From contig LWCA01000070.1 of assembly GCA_001642005.1 (NCBI GenBank), positions 1 to 61,500 of the forward strand: a stretch of 61,500 bases of DNA, in the 5' to 3' direction. A program made the translations under genes and the position numbers. Source of the DNA: Intoshia linei. Lineage: Eukaryota > Animalia > Orthonectida. Positions 13,136 through 24,689 of this stretch are shown here, one piece after another. The stretch's first letter is position 1. The number at the start of each line of letters is the position of its first letter. Below the pieces are notes generated by a model. That model was not told where the DNA came from, made no database searches, and saw only the letters and a list, made by a program, of their open reading frames with translations.

Positions 13136-13744
13136 TTAACTATCTAATCTTGTTTTACACGTAATTCTTTGACGCGAATTTCACCAATGCTAAAAATGCA
13201 ATGTGCCTAAACAAGATTATTGATGAGGTATTTAAAACTTACAAATATTGTTTCATTTGACTCGTCGCAATGTTTACACAGATTTGTGACTTTTTCTGCG
13301 CATGTCTGTCCAATATATTCGGGATGTTTGCAATCAGTAAGATCATCACACATAATATCTACATCCATCATTGAGTTATCGTCTTGCATACATTGCATAT
13401 GCCCATCGTCAACATCAATGACCTTTAAATTACTTGTAAATATCGTAAACTAGTAAAATTAAAATACCTGCAATTCTTTGGTATGGACTACTGGAACGTG
13501 AACATTGTGTGTTGAGGGATGCATAGCTTCATATTTTTTTCCAGTCATTATGTCAATTCCGACAAACGAAATCTTAAATCAAATTGAGACTCGCGGTTGA
13601 CTTTAATTAAATTACCTTAGCGTGACCGTGTTTTCCAGTTTTAGATGTTGACATTTCAACAATTTTACATGGTCGGCTTTTCATCATCATGAAACCATTT
13701 TTTCTTAGAGAAGATGCTTGAAATTGTCCAATTTCATCAGCCAT
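13136..13744 (-). CDS. eIF5A: Eukaryotic translation initiation factor 5A, divergent C-terminal half (4 exons)
   Basis: [43 protein letters not shown]|[35 protein letters not shown]|[15 protein letters not shown]|[23 protein letters not shown]. The hypusine motif [12 protein letters not shown] is intact. Confidence 0.95.
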
Positions 13745-14259
13745 TTTTATTATTATATATATGCAGTATTTCTAATATACAATATAAAGAATTTTTAATT
13801 GTCGCGTGATTATCGAGAAGACTATAAAACAAACTAAGTGGGCGATATTAAAATGCGTGATTGAATTTTTTAGTTGGTAATATAATTTATTTCTAATATA
13901 TTTGATTCTATGGTTTTAACTTACCCATTAAAAATGTTTACTTTGTAGTTTTAGTCATATTGTACTTTTTATTTAAACATAAAGCTTGAAAGTTTAATTT
14001 AGGATCTTCATTTAACAATTAATTTGTTCATTAAATTTAATTTGTTTTCTATTTATTTTATCTGGTCAATATAAAATTTATTATTATTATGATTCATAGT
14101 TAATAAAAATAATATGATGTAGAGTACCGTACGAGCAGTGGAGTAGAGAGTAGCGTACAACCAAAAAAGCCAAACACCGTGTAAACGTATCAGCAAAAAT
14201 TTATAATTAAAAACGCGTAACGAAATACCAAATTTTAATTCTATTTTACCTATTTTTAA

Positions 14260-15310
14260 CCCTTTCACTGTCTAATACTATTTTATGGTGCATCACCACA
14301 CGTCTGGAATTTATGTTTTAATTTAAACATGTATTATTTTTAAATTACCTATGTGAAAATGTATGAAAATAAAAGAATAAAGTTTTTCAAAATTATGCTG
14401 TGTATATCATAGAATACACAGACGTGTGAAGTGAAATTGCTGTGTATAGTATAGAATANTTTTAAATTACCTATGTGAAAATGTATGAAAATAAAAGAAT
14501 AAAGTTTTTCAAAATTATGCTGTGTATATCAGCCATTCTCAACGTGATTTATGTGAATCCCTTGGGGTCCACAGCACTTTTTTTTGGGTTCATGAAAATT
14601 ATATACATTTATTACATATTATAGACATTTTCAGTAACATAAAGTCGTTTTTAAAACATAAAGGCTCAGAAATACCAATGTAAAACGTGCAAATCATGTA
14701 AAAGTAAATTCTTTGATATTAAATTAAATTACTTACAAATGTAAAAACTTATTGGAAAACCTCCATTGTTCTATTTTAGGAGCAGCGGTTTTATTTAATT
14801 ATTTTATTAAAATTTATGACCGAGCCAAGTTTCTAGTCATAAAAAAAGCTTTAAATTTCAAATTGAAAATGGGGCAAAAAATCAGTCAATATTCATGATT
14901 CTATGAAACATCAACCAAGAGATATAAAATATTAATTTTTCACAGGGAAGGTAGACTTTTTATTGATCTGATAAAATATGTAGTAAACAATTAATAATGT
15001 ACTGTAAACAATACCTGAAAAACATGTTCCATTTTGGGAATTTGACGGGTTAAATGTTAATAGTTCATCATTTCGCAAAAATAGAGTACTTCAAATCTTT
15101 TGATAATTATTCGTTTCACTCAAATGTAATGATTCATTAAAAATTGTCATTATTATTAATTTTTTTGGGGATCCACAGGTTTTTTGTAATATCATCTTAG
15201 GGGTCCACAGCGAAAAAGGGTTCAGAATGTCTGGTGTATATCATAGAATACACAAACGTGTGAAGTGAAATTGCTGTGTATAGTATAGAATACACAAACA
15301 GTAAAACGGG
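14260..15310. mobile_element. Degenerate piggyBac-like MITE hosting the hAT insertion
   Basis: TTAA|CCCTTTCACTGT at the left and ACAGTAAAACGGG|TAA at the right (imperfect TIRs). Contains a tandem ~42-bp unit, gctgtgtata..tagaatacaca. Confidence 0.4.
14530..15233. mobile_element. hAT (Buster/Charlie-type) MITE, 704 bp, copy 1
   Basis: Termini CAGCCATTCTCAAC..GTTCAGAATGTCTG with an exact 8-bp TSD GTGTATAT. The empty site is visible at about 14400-14458. Confidence 0.9.
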
Positions 15311-15527
15311 TAATTGACTTGTGTACTACTGTTTTTAAAAAATATAATTTACTCATAAAAGCTTATTTTTCGCCAGAAAAATACTTTGATAAATTATTCT
15401 GTTCTATCTAATTAAATTTTTTATGGTTAAAATTTATTTAATCGAGAGATAGGAAATACTTCTCGTAGTTAAATATCATTTAAAACAAATAAAAAACAAA
15501 CATTTTATTTTACAAATTTCATATTAT

Positions 15528-18500
15528 TTATTTTAAATATTTTTCAAACGAACCGACATATTCTTCCATTTCGAAAACTAGAGTTTTGGATTTTTGTTCA
15601 ACAATTTCCGAATCATCTACAATATACAAAATATATATGTATATAAAATAAAATTAATAAAACCTTCCAATAATTCTACAATGGTTTGACGGCATTCTGG
15701 AATAATTACATCAAAGTTCTGTTTCAACATAGAGATTATTTCAGATAAACAATTAAGACATAATAATTTTATCTAAATAAAAAATTAAATTTTAATTCAA
15801 AATATTGCTAATAATGTGTTGACGTTTAAAAAATATATAGGCCGTTAATCGGTATGGTGATTAACCGCCAAGGGTCCAAGATATTTAGATTTTTTTTAAA
15901 TAGTGTAGTTCAATTTAGCATCTTACAAAATAATTTATTAATTTTGATATTATTATACAGTTTAAGTCCTTATTAACGGAATTTTTTTAAGCAGAAATAT
16001 CATTTTTATCTTTATTTTATTTCTGTAAATATTTTAAAATTGATAACATTTTTCATGGACTCCACAAAACTACTGTGGACCCCGTTGATAATGTTTTGTG
16101 TATATTACTTCATATTCAAAAACTCATAATAATTTAAAAAATTAGATTCCGTTAACAAGGGTGTTACCACGGGGAAAATTCCATATTTACGAAATTACGG
16201 AATTTTCAATTTCGATATTAAGGACTTAGATTGTAATATAAAAAAAATTCCCGTAGTGTAAATTTTTCGGCAAAATTTTGTATGGTTCATAGTGAAATCT
16301 CATTGGACATAATAAGTTATCTGGTTAAATAAGAAGTAGAGTTGTCTTAATTCTGTAAATCTAAGTCAAGTTACCTGTATTTTGCAATACCAACAATAAA
16401 AAACAATTATTTACAAATTAAACTGAATGATAAATAAAAACTATAATTTAATTAATTATTTAATTATATATAAATTCATTATTAAATAATTATTTAACAC
16501 CAATTTTTATACTAGAGTAGTAGTTCCCGATTCAAATATACAATACGAATCCCATTTGAAAATATTTATTTTTTTGGACCACAAAACAAACATGAAATAT
16601 AAAACATTTATGCAAAAAATAAAGGTTTTTTCTCATAAGATTTGGTAAAATCGTGTTTTTCAAATGTTTGAAAAAGTCAATTTTTCCATTGTTTGAAATG
16701 GTATTTTTTATAAAAAATTATTAATGATGGGATATTAGTAGATTTTTGAAATAATAATGTAGCGGTCGTTTAGGCTTTGGGATAAATTTAATATATTCAA
16801 TTTTTTAATTTTTAATTTAATAAATTCGATAGAAAATATTTACAAAAAAATTTAATCGACAAGTTTATCAATATATAGCAGCCATTCTCAACAGGGTCCA
16901 CAGCATTTTTTTGGGGTCCATAAAAATTATATACATTTATTACATATTATAGACATTTTCAGTAACATAAAGTCGTTTTTAAAACATAAAGACTCAGAAA
17001 TACCAATATAAAACGTGAAAATCATGTAAAAATAAATTATTTGGTATTAAATTAAATTACTTACAAGTGTAAAAACTTATTGGGAAACCTCCATTGTTCT
17101 ATTTTAGGAGCATCGTTTTATTTAATTATTTTATTACCATGTATGACCGAGCCAAGTTTCTAGTCATAAAAAAAGCTTTAAATTTCAAATTGAAAATCAA
17201 ACAAAAATCAGTCAATATTCATGATTTTATAAAGCATAAACCAAGGGATATAAAATATTAATTCTTCACATGGAAGATAGATAATATAGACTTTTTATTG
17301 ATCTGATAAAATATGTAGTAAACAATTAATAATGTACTGTAAACAATACCTAAAAAATATGTTCGATTTTGGGAACATTGACGGATTAAATGTTAATATT
17401 AATAGTTCATCAAGTTTATCATCTCGCAAAAATAGAGTACTTCATGTCTTTTGACCATCATGCATTTCACCCAAATGTAATGATTCATTGAAAATTTTCA
17501 TTATTATTAATTTTTTTGGGGGTTCACAGGTTTTATGTAATATTATCTTAGGGGTCCACAGCGAAAAAGGATTAAGAATGCCTGATATATAGCACTAATT
17601 AAGATATTAAGCTAAAAGGCTACGACTATAAGGCTATATGACGGGTCTACTATTCTAAATTAATACGTGATATACAAAAAAATATGGAAAACGGATGATT
17701 CAACAATGAATTAAACTAAATGATCCCAGAATTTTACGAAAAGATCAGTGATCACTCATTAGTTTATTTTCAAATACAAAATTTTGTGGATAGTATGAAA
17801 AATAGTCGATAAAAATTGATTACAGGCACATTCCTATTAAAATGATCAACGGAATGGTACAATGGTAAAACAAAAACAGTCAGCCTTGCACTAAAATAGA
17901 CTGCTTTTATCGTCAAAATGTTTGCATAAAAACAAACCTCCCGATTTCTCAATTAAAACGTTTTAGGGATTCCAAAAAAAAAAGTATAAACTTATGTATG
18001 ACAATTATTAGGATTTAATTTAATTTTTGATTGAATTAATTTGTTAAGCAGTACCATCAAACACTTTTAACAGGATATATAAATAATAAACATACCTCTT
18101 CGCTAGTATTTTGAGTTTGCATCATTAAATTGTAAACAATTTTCTTACGTTCAGTAATATTATCAAGAGAAAACACGAGAGAAGCAATACATTTAGACAA
18201 TGAATGATTAATAAATTTGACACGAATCTAAACAACAATAAAAACCTTAAAATAAAAAAACAACCAATTCAATAAACATACTCCCCAATTGTTCAAACAC
18301 CTGAGGAATAATAAAATTATTGCCAACATCACAAATACAACACTTCGAAACAAGGTGAAAAATAGGAACAAAATATTTGAAATTATTCTTACAAATTAAA
18401 TTTTCTGAGCCATTTAAAATGTCATAAATCGTTGGAATAATTGAAATAAAATGTACATTAAACAAGTCACCAAGTTTGTCAGCCAAGAAATCACAAAACA

Positions 18501-21500
18501 AAAAAAAGAAAAATTTGTCATTAGAATCGTTGAATTTGATGGACTTGAAAAAAGTTTCAAAAAATTTCGCAAACTTGGACTTTGGCATAAGTAGGCATAT
18601 TTTAGCCAACAACATAATAGCCTCTTGAACTAAATCCGGATCTGTAATTTGGTCCATAATACGACGAACCAAATCCTGCAAGTTAAGCAAATCTTGAAAT
18701 TCCTCAAACCGATGCAACACCAAAACATTGCGTTGAAAATCAACCAAAACTTGTTTAAAATTATTATTTTTCTGTAAAAACGTTTCATTTGATAAGAAAT
18801 GATTACACAGATAAACATAATCATCAAAACTACAATTTCGTGCAATTTCATTTCGTGTATTTTTTAGAATATTAAAAATATTTGAATCAACAAGTTCAGT
18901 CGACTGTATATTGTAAATAAGGTTCAAAATATTTGGTAAATTTTGACTGAAAAATTTTGACAAATTACTAGACAGTGTTCCAATAAATAGAGACACAAAA
19001 TGCAAAAACATTTCATCACATTTGGCGACATTTATAAAAACGTTTAGAGCATTTGAACAAGGTTTGAGAAATTTTAAAAAATTGACACTGGTTATTTTGA
19101 CAAAAGTTTGTAGAAACGTTACATAGTGTATAAATATAGGATTATAATATTTCGTGTTTTCAAAAGTACGGATAATGTATTGGCAGATTGATTCATTTTC
19201 AATGTTATTGGTTTGATTAAAATTGGAATCGAAAAATTCAATAAACGATTCCAATACAGTTATCAAATTTGTGTTTTCGTTCAATTTTATTTTTTTTTGT
19301 TGACTTTTAAGAAAAATATCAGAAATTTGTTGGAAAATTGTCGACATGTTTGTAAATCTCGATTGGTTAAATGCTACAAGGTATATTTCTTGTTTTTCGA
19401 TAAAATTGTCATTTTCAGTACAATGGAAAAAATAATCAAGATATGACACCAATATATGCGACGTTGACATATTATCATTATTACATTCCTGGCCAATTTC
19501 AATAAATTTATCAACAATTTGGTACAGTTTATCCGAAACAATATCATCAATATGACTATAAATTTGTATTTTATTTTCAAATGGTAAATTTATCAATTTA
19601 TCTACAATTTCAGATACACCAGCTTGGTTATTTTTAAAAAAATTTAAAAATTTACCATTGGATAAAACACTACTCCAAAACCTTACAATCATTTCAACGT
19701 CTTCAATTCGACATTTTTGTAGCTTTAAATTAGAATTCACGTCGTTTAAATATTGACAATAACATTCCAAAACTGGAGAATAAGAATTAATTTGCGCAAA
19801 TCGGGTCCAAATAATGATGAAATTGGCTCTAATGTCATTATAGTTTAAAATTTCATGTTCAATAGACATTTTCCATAAAATATATACATTAAAATCATTC
19901 CCGCCATTATCAACGACGTGTGACAAGATTCGAGAAACTGTATTACACGTCAATACTGTAAAAATTTGATTTTTGAAAAAACTGTCAATCAACATAGTGT
20001 AAACCTTTACGCTTTTTTTATTGTAAGAAATAAAAAGAATTTTGTAGATATCCATTAAATAAATTTCCAAAATATCGGGCACATGTTTAATTTCATTGAA
20101 AAGTAAATGAATGTCCATTAAAATTGTAATAAAGCAATTTACACATTGTACCGTCAATTTTTTCTCCAAAATAAAAAGTAATTTAAACATTAATTCCAAA
20201 ATTGATCCATAATTGTAAGAATTCAATTTCTTGGAATTTTCACAAGAATCTGTTTGAAATGTATGATAAAATGATTTGAAACACGATGTGATAGTCCACG
20301 CGGTACCCTGAGTAAATTCTAAATTTTTAGCATTTTCAAGGCATTTTATTAAACTATGCATAAAATCAAAATTGAACATTTTAAAAGATGATTCGTGAGA
20401 TTCATCAGATTTGATAAAACTCTGAACATTACCGGTATAAGAATCATTTTCAGACTTTTTCAATTTTTCATCTTGATCAAAATTTTTTACATTTTTATAC
20501 AATTCGGTTCCATCGAGATAAATTTGACAAGCATTCAAAACATGCTGGTTTTTAGATAATTGACTATATGATAAAAAATGAGCACATTTACGAGTCGAAT
20601 CGATACTCTTATTAAATGTAAGTTCAAATTTAGAAATGAGTTCAACAAATTTAGTATAATCAAATGGAACCAACCCTACAGGTTCACATTTCAGTATTAG
20701 ACAGCACATCCAAACGGAATACAAATGTTTCCATTTAAAAATTTCACATTTTTCAATCAAAACTGGTAACAAAAGATTTAAATTGAAACCCTTAAAATCT
20801 TCAATGGGACAATTCATGTTTATCATTTCTTTACAATGTTTATACATGTAGTTTAAAAATTTTTCCATTAAATCATCCAACATATCAAAGTGGACATTAA
20901 TTTTACATTTATAAATTAAACTCAACAAATAAATCAAATTTGGGATAAATCGGATAAAATTATCTAGAGACATTAATTCTTCATTTAATAACAATTTTTC
21001 TATATTTTTACACAAGGTAAATACAAAATTTTGATTAAAATTAAAATGTGGGTTTTCTAATAATAAAGCTATCCAATGAAAATTTTCACATACAAATTTA
21101 CAGTCTGAATTTATTATTAAATCATTAATATAATTAACACATTTATCATTAAAATTTTTTGAAATTAATACCTTTGAAATAAAAGAAAAATCACCCATGA
21201 CGTTTTTTTTCATAATTTTAAAAATTTCAAATTTGTAATCTTTTTCCAATATCTTTGACATAATAATTGTATTATTGGTCAACATAATAAAAAATAATGA
21301 AAATTCTAACATTTCAAAATTTTGAATACTTTCAGAATTTTTATCGGTTAATTGTTTCAATGGTTCTTTATTTTTTTCACTTTCAGGTAAAGCATTTAAA
21401 ATATAAACCAACATGTCGAAAAAAAATGATTCATTCACATACATCAATCCATGTCTAAGAAACACGTTCAATACAATTTCAATAAATTTATTTGACTTTT

Positions 21501-23871
21501 TAAAATTTATCACCAATTTCATGAAAGCTATATACAACTTTTTATCAGAGTCATTATTTAAAATCTTAACGATAAATCCAACAATTTTTTTCGAAAAAAT
21601 AAACATTTCAGTTGATGACAGTGTGTCAATTTTTTTAATAAAAAATTGAGCAATTTGAAAACAATATTTACCAGGTTTAAAAGAAAAAATTTCAAAATTG
21701 AGGGGTTCATGGTGTTTAAATTTTAGTTTAAGTTTACTGCAGGTTTCAAGGTAAAAATCTAGCAAATTTTGATACTGTATCCATGGTAATTCGATTAAAT
21801 GATTAGTAGAATTAATGAGAGCGAATAAAAAATAATTCTCGAGATTTATAACCAAATCCACTCGATTTAAAGAAACAATTGTAATCAACATTTTAGAAAT
21901 AGCAATTAAAGAATTTTCATTTTTTTTAGATTTTGAAAAAATACATTTCAATTTTAAGAAATTACAATTATCGTTGATATAAGACAAAATTTTAAAAATA
22001 TTATTGTATATGGAATTAAATTTAAGTAAATTTTTCGAGTCTAAACCATTTTTGAATATTTCAATGTCCAAAAGATTGAAAAGTAAACTAATTTTAACTG
22101 TACAAGAATTTTCATTCAAAATATGCCAACATTTTTTATCCATGATAATGTTGAAAAAAATTTCAACAAGTTTAAATTTCCAGACATAGTAATTAAAATT
22201 AAATTTCATTTTATTTTTAGGAAATTTTGTAATGGCATCAACCAATTGTTCCATTTCAATAATTGAATTTGAATTCTGGACTTGACACGTTTCAACAAAT
22301 TTTTCAATGTAAATTTTAAAATATTCCAACAATCTGTCGGTCAACTCTTTACTGTCCAAAATAGTTTTACTTTTATCATTAAAATGGTGCATTAAATTTG
22401 CAATGTATATCAAAGTTGACAAATCGAAATCATGCTCAAAGTGACTAGTATCATCGCCTATATGCGTCAAAAAATTATTCAAAAAAGCGTCACTAGATGA
22501 CAGATTATTCATTACAAAATTATTTACAACTTCAAACCCTTTAGTGTAAATTTCGTTAAAGATACCTTGATATTTTTCATTCAAAATTGTTAAAATTAAA
22601 TTTACATTGCTATTATCTTGTTTTAGAGAATTTTCCAAAAAATTTGTGAAATGTTGAGAAAATTCGTGCAAATCAGTTTCATTGAAATTTACAGTTTTGA
22701 TAATTTTTAATGTTAAATCTAGAGACTTTTTTTCACCATTTCCAAAATTGAGTGAATTGATAAGTAGATATTTAAATAAATTTGAGAGGTCATATTGCGG
22801 TTTTAAATCAATGACAACATCGACTAAATTAGGCAGTTGTTGTAAATTGTCAAGTATATTTTTTTTCACAATTTCTGAAAGTTTCTGCGTTTTTAGAATA
22901 ACGGCTACACATAGAATTTGAGTATTGCATTTTTGATTTAAATTTTTACTCAATCGTGATAAAACAGACACAAGGTATTTTGTATTGTTAACATCAAACT
23001 GATAATAGGACATGGAAATTGAAATGACTAAACACGCAGAATTTAACGTTTCTTTGTAAAAATCATTATTCCAAGCCTTGCCATCTTGATAATTGGCACA
23101 TTTTAAAGTAACGTTCAAACAAACTGACACAAATTTTAACGATATTCGTACAATTTCTTCACATTTAGATTTACTTGAAACAATTCCGCAGGTAATAGCC
23201 AATAGTGTTTTCAAGTAACCTTTAAATTTGTTAAAAAGATTCAAAGAATCATTATATGAATCAATAATATCCATAATCTTTTCAAGAGGAGACAAAATAA
23301 ATAAATAAAAATCAACACTCTGAATACATCGATTAATCAAAAATTCTCTTTCCAGCATGTATCCCTTTTTGGAAAGTGGTTTAAGCCACGAAAAATCGCC
23401 GTGTAAATTCAAAACTTGCATGCACCTAATAAAAATTTTAGATTGATGGTGAGGTAAAAATGCCAAAAACGTTGCAGATCGATTCATTTCATGAACATAA
23501 AATCTATAAATTAACCATTCTATTGTTTTATGAACACATGTTAAAGGTAGGTAGCATGACACTGTCAATAAATATTCATCTATGCATTTTGATAGTTTTT
23601 CATTTACTTCAATAGACAATATTGTTCGTTCATTGATTATTGATAATGAACTAAATAAATCTAGTCTATATTTTTCATAATATTTGTCAATTTTTATCAA
23701 TTCTTCAAATCCATCCAAGCCTAATGCAAACATTGACTGTCGGTCGATTTCTCCAACATCTGATTTTGTAAATAAAAATGATGCGACTTTTAGTGACTTT
23801 GTTAGTTTTGATTTTATGTTTGCATCACGTAATTGTTTAAATTGCTCTGATAGTGCTGTAGTTTGTTTCAT
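15528..23871 (-). CDS. HEATR1: HEAT repeat-containing protein 1 / U3 snoRNP protein UTP10
   Basis: The N-terminus (TALSEQFKQL..ASFLF..IDRQSMFALGLDGFEEL..HKTIEWLIYRFYVHEMN..FLPHHQSKIFIRCMQVL) matches UTP10. Three small 3' exons (about 18096-18227, 15664-15772, 15528-15616) give the C-terminus IIPECRQTIVELLEDDSEIVEQKSK..VGSFEKYLK*, similar to the human LLPESIPFLAELMED motif. Confidence 0.93.
15958..16233. mobile_element. Tc1/pogo-type MITE
   Basis: TA|CAGTTTAAGTCCTTA..TAAGGACTTAGATTG|TA, imperfect TIRs with TA flanks. Confidence 0.6.
16879..17584. mobile_element. hAT MITE, 706 bp, copy 2 (in a HEATR1 intron)
   Basis: Same family and orientation as 14530-15233, with a different exact 8-bp TSD, ATATATAG. 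Confidence 0.9.
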
Positions 23872-24234
23872 ATTTACAAAATATTTACAGGTATAGTAAT
23901 GTTTTGTATAGTGATAATAGGTTTCATTTTTGGTTGTTGTTGGTTATTCGAATATTGAATCCTTTTTATAAGAAAATAAACTCAGCTTAAGTTTAATTTT
24001 AACGCAAGATTTTAAGATTCAGTTTGGCAGCTTTAGGTAGTTTAACTTAGCCTCAGCTTAATCGAGTACAATTTATCAACATATTTGACACCATACATGT
24101 ATCGCATTATTATCAATCTTTGTTTTTATGTTTTGTTTAACAGATTTATTAATTATTTATTTTTGGATGAAAAGATGACTCAATTTACAATTTCATTAAA
24201 TTATCAACAGCTAATGGTCATTCATGTTCTAGGA

Positions 24235-24447
24235 CAGTGATTCTCAATCTGTGGCTCTTTTGAAATTTTCTATGATACGCCAAATATTTAAATACGTACC
24301 GCGTATAATTAATTTTAAATGTTTGGTCTTAGATCAAAAAATATTCTAACAATAATTATTATAATATAAAAATTGTGGCTTGTGATGGTTCTACATCATT
24401 TTATATTGATAAAATGTGGCTTTTCTGGAAAAAGGTTGGTACCCCTG
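24235..24447. mobile_element. hAT MITE in the HEATR1/SNF8 divergent intergenic region
   Basis: CAGTGATTCTCAA..GGTTGGTACCCCTG with an exact TSD TTCTAGGA. Confidence 0.8.
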
Positions 24448-24689
24448 TTCTAGGATATAGAATAAAAATATATATTAAAATATTAAAATTAGAATAAAGA
24501 AAACTTACAAAAATAGTCCTAAAAAGGCAGTATAATTTGGTTTTCAAAAATTAGAGAGGAAAATAAATTTTTTCAAAAAGAATACAAAAGTTGCTTTTGA
24601 TATTCATTTATTTTCAACTATAGCTACATTAAATATTCTTACAGTTAATAAAATTAGTTTTATTGTATTTTTCGTGTGTAAATAGACAA

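Noticed and set aside
18630-23896. Small overlapping and antisense ORFs within HEATR1
   Set aside because: Expected shadows of a long AT-rich coding exon, with no motifs.
23981-24061. Direct repeat CTCAGCTTAA in the HEATR1/SNF8 divergent region as a promoter motif
   Set aside because: Only two copies, in TTAA-rich DNA that resembles an eroded MITE. It cannot be distinguished from a repeat remnant.
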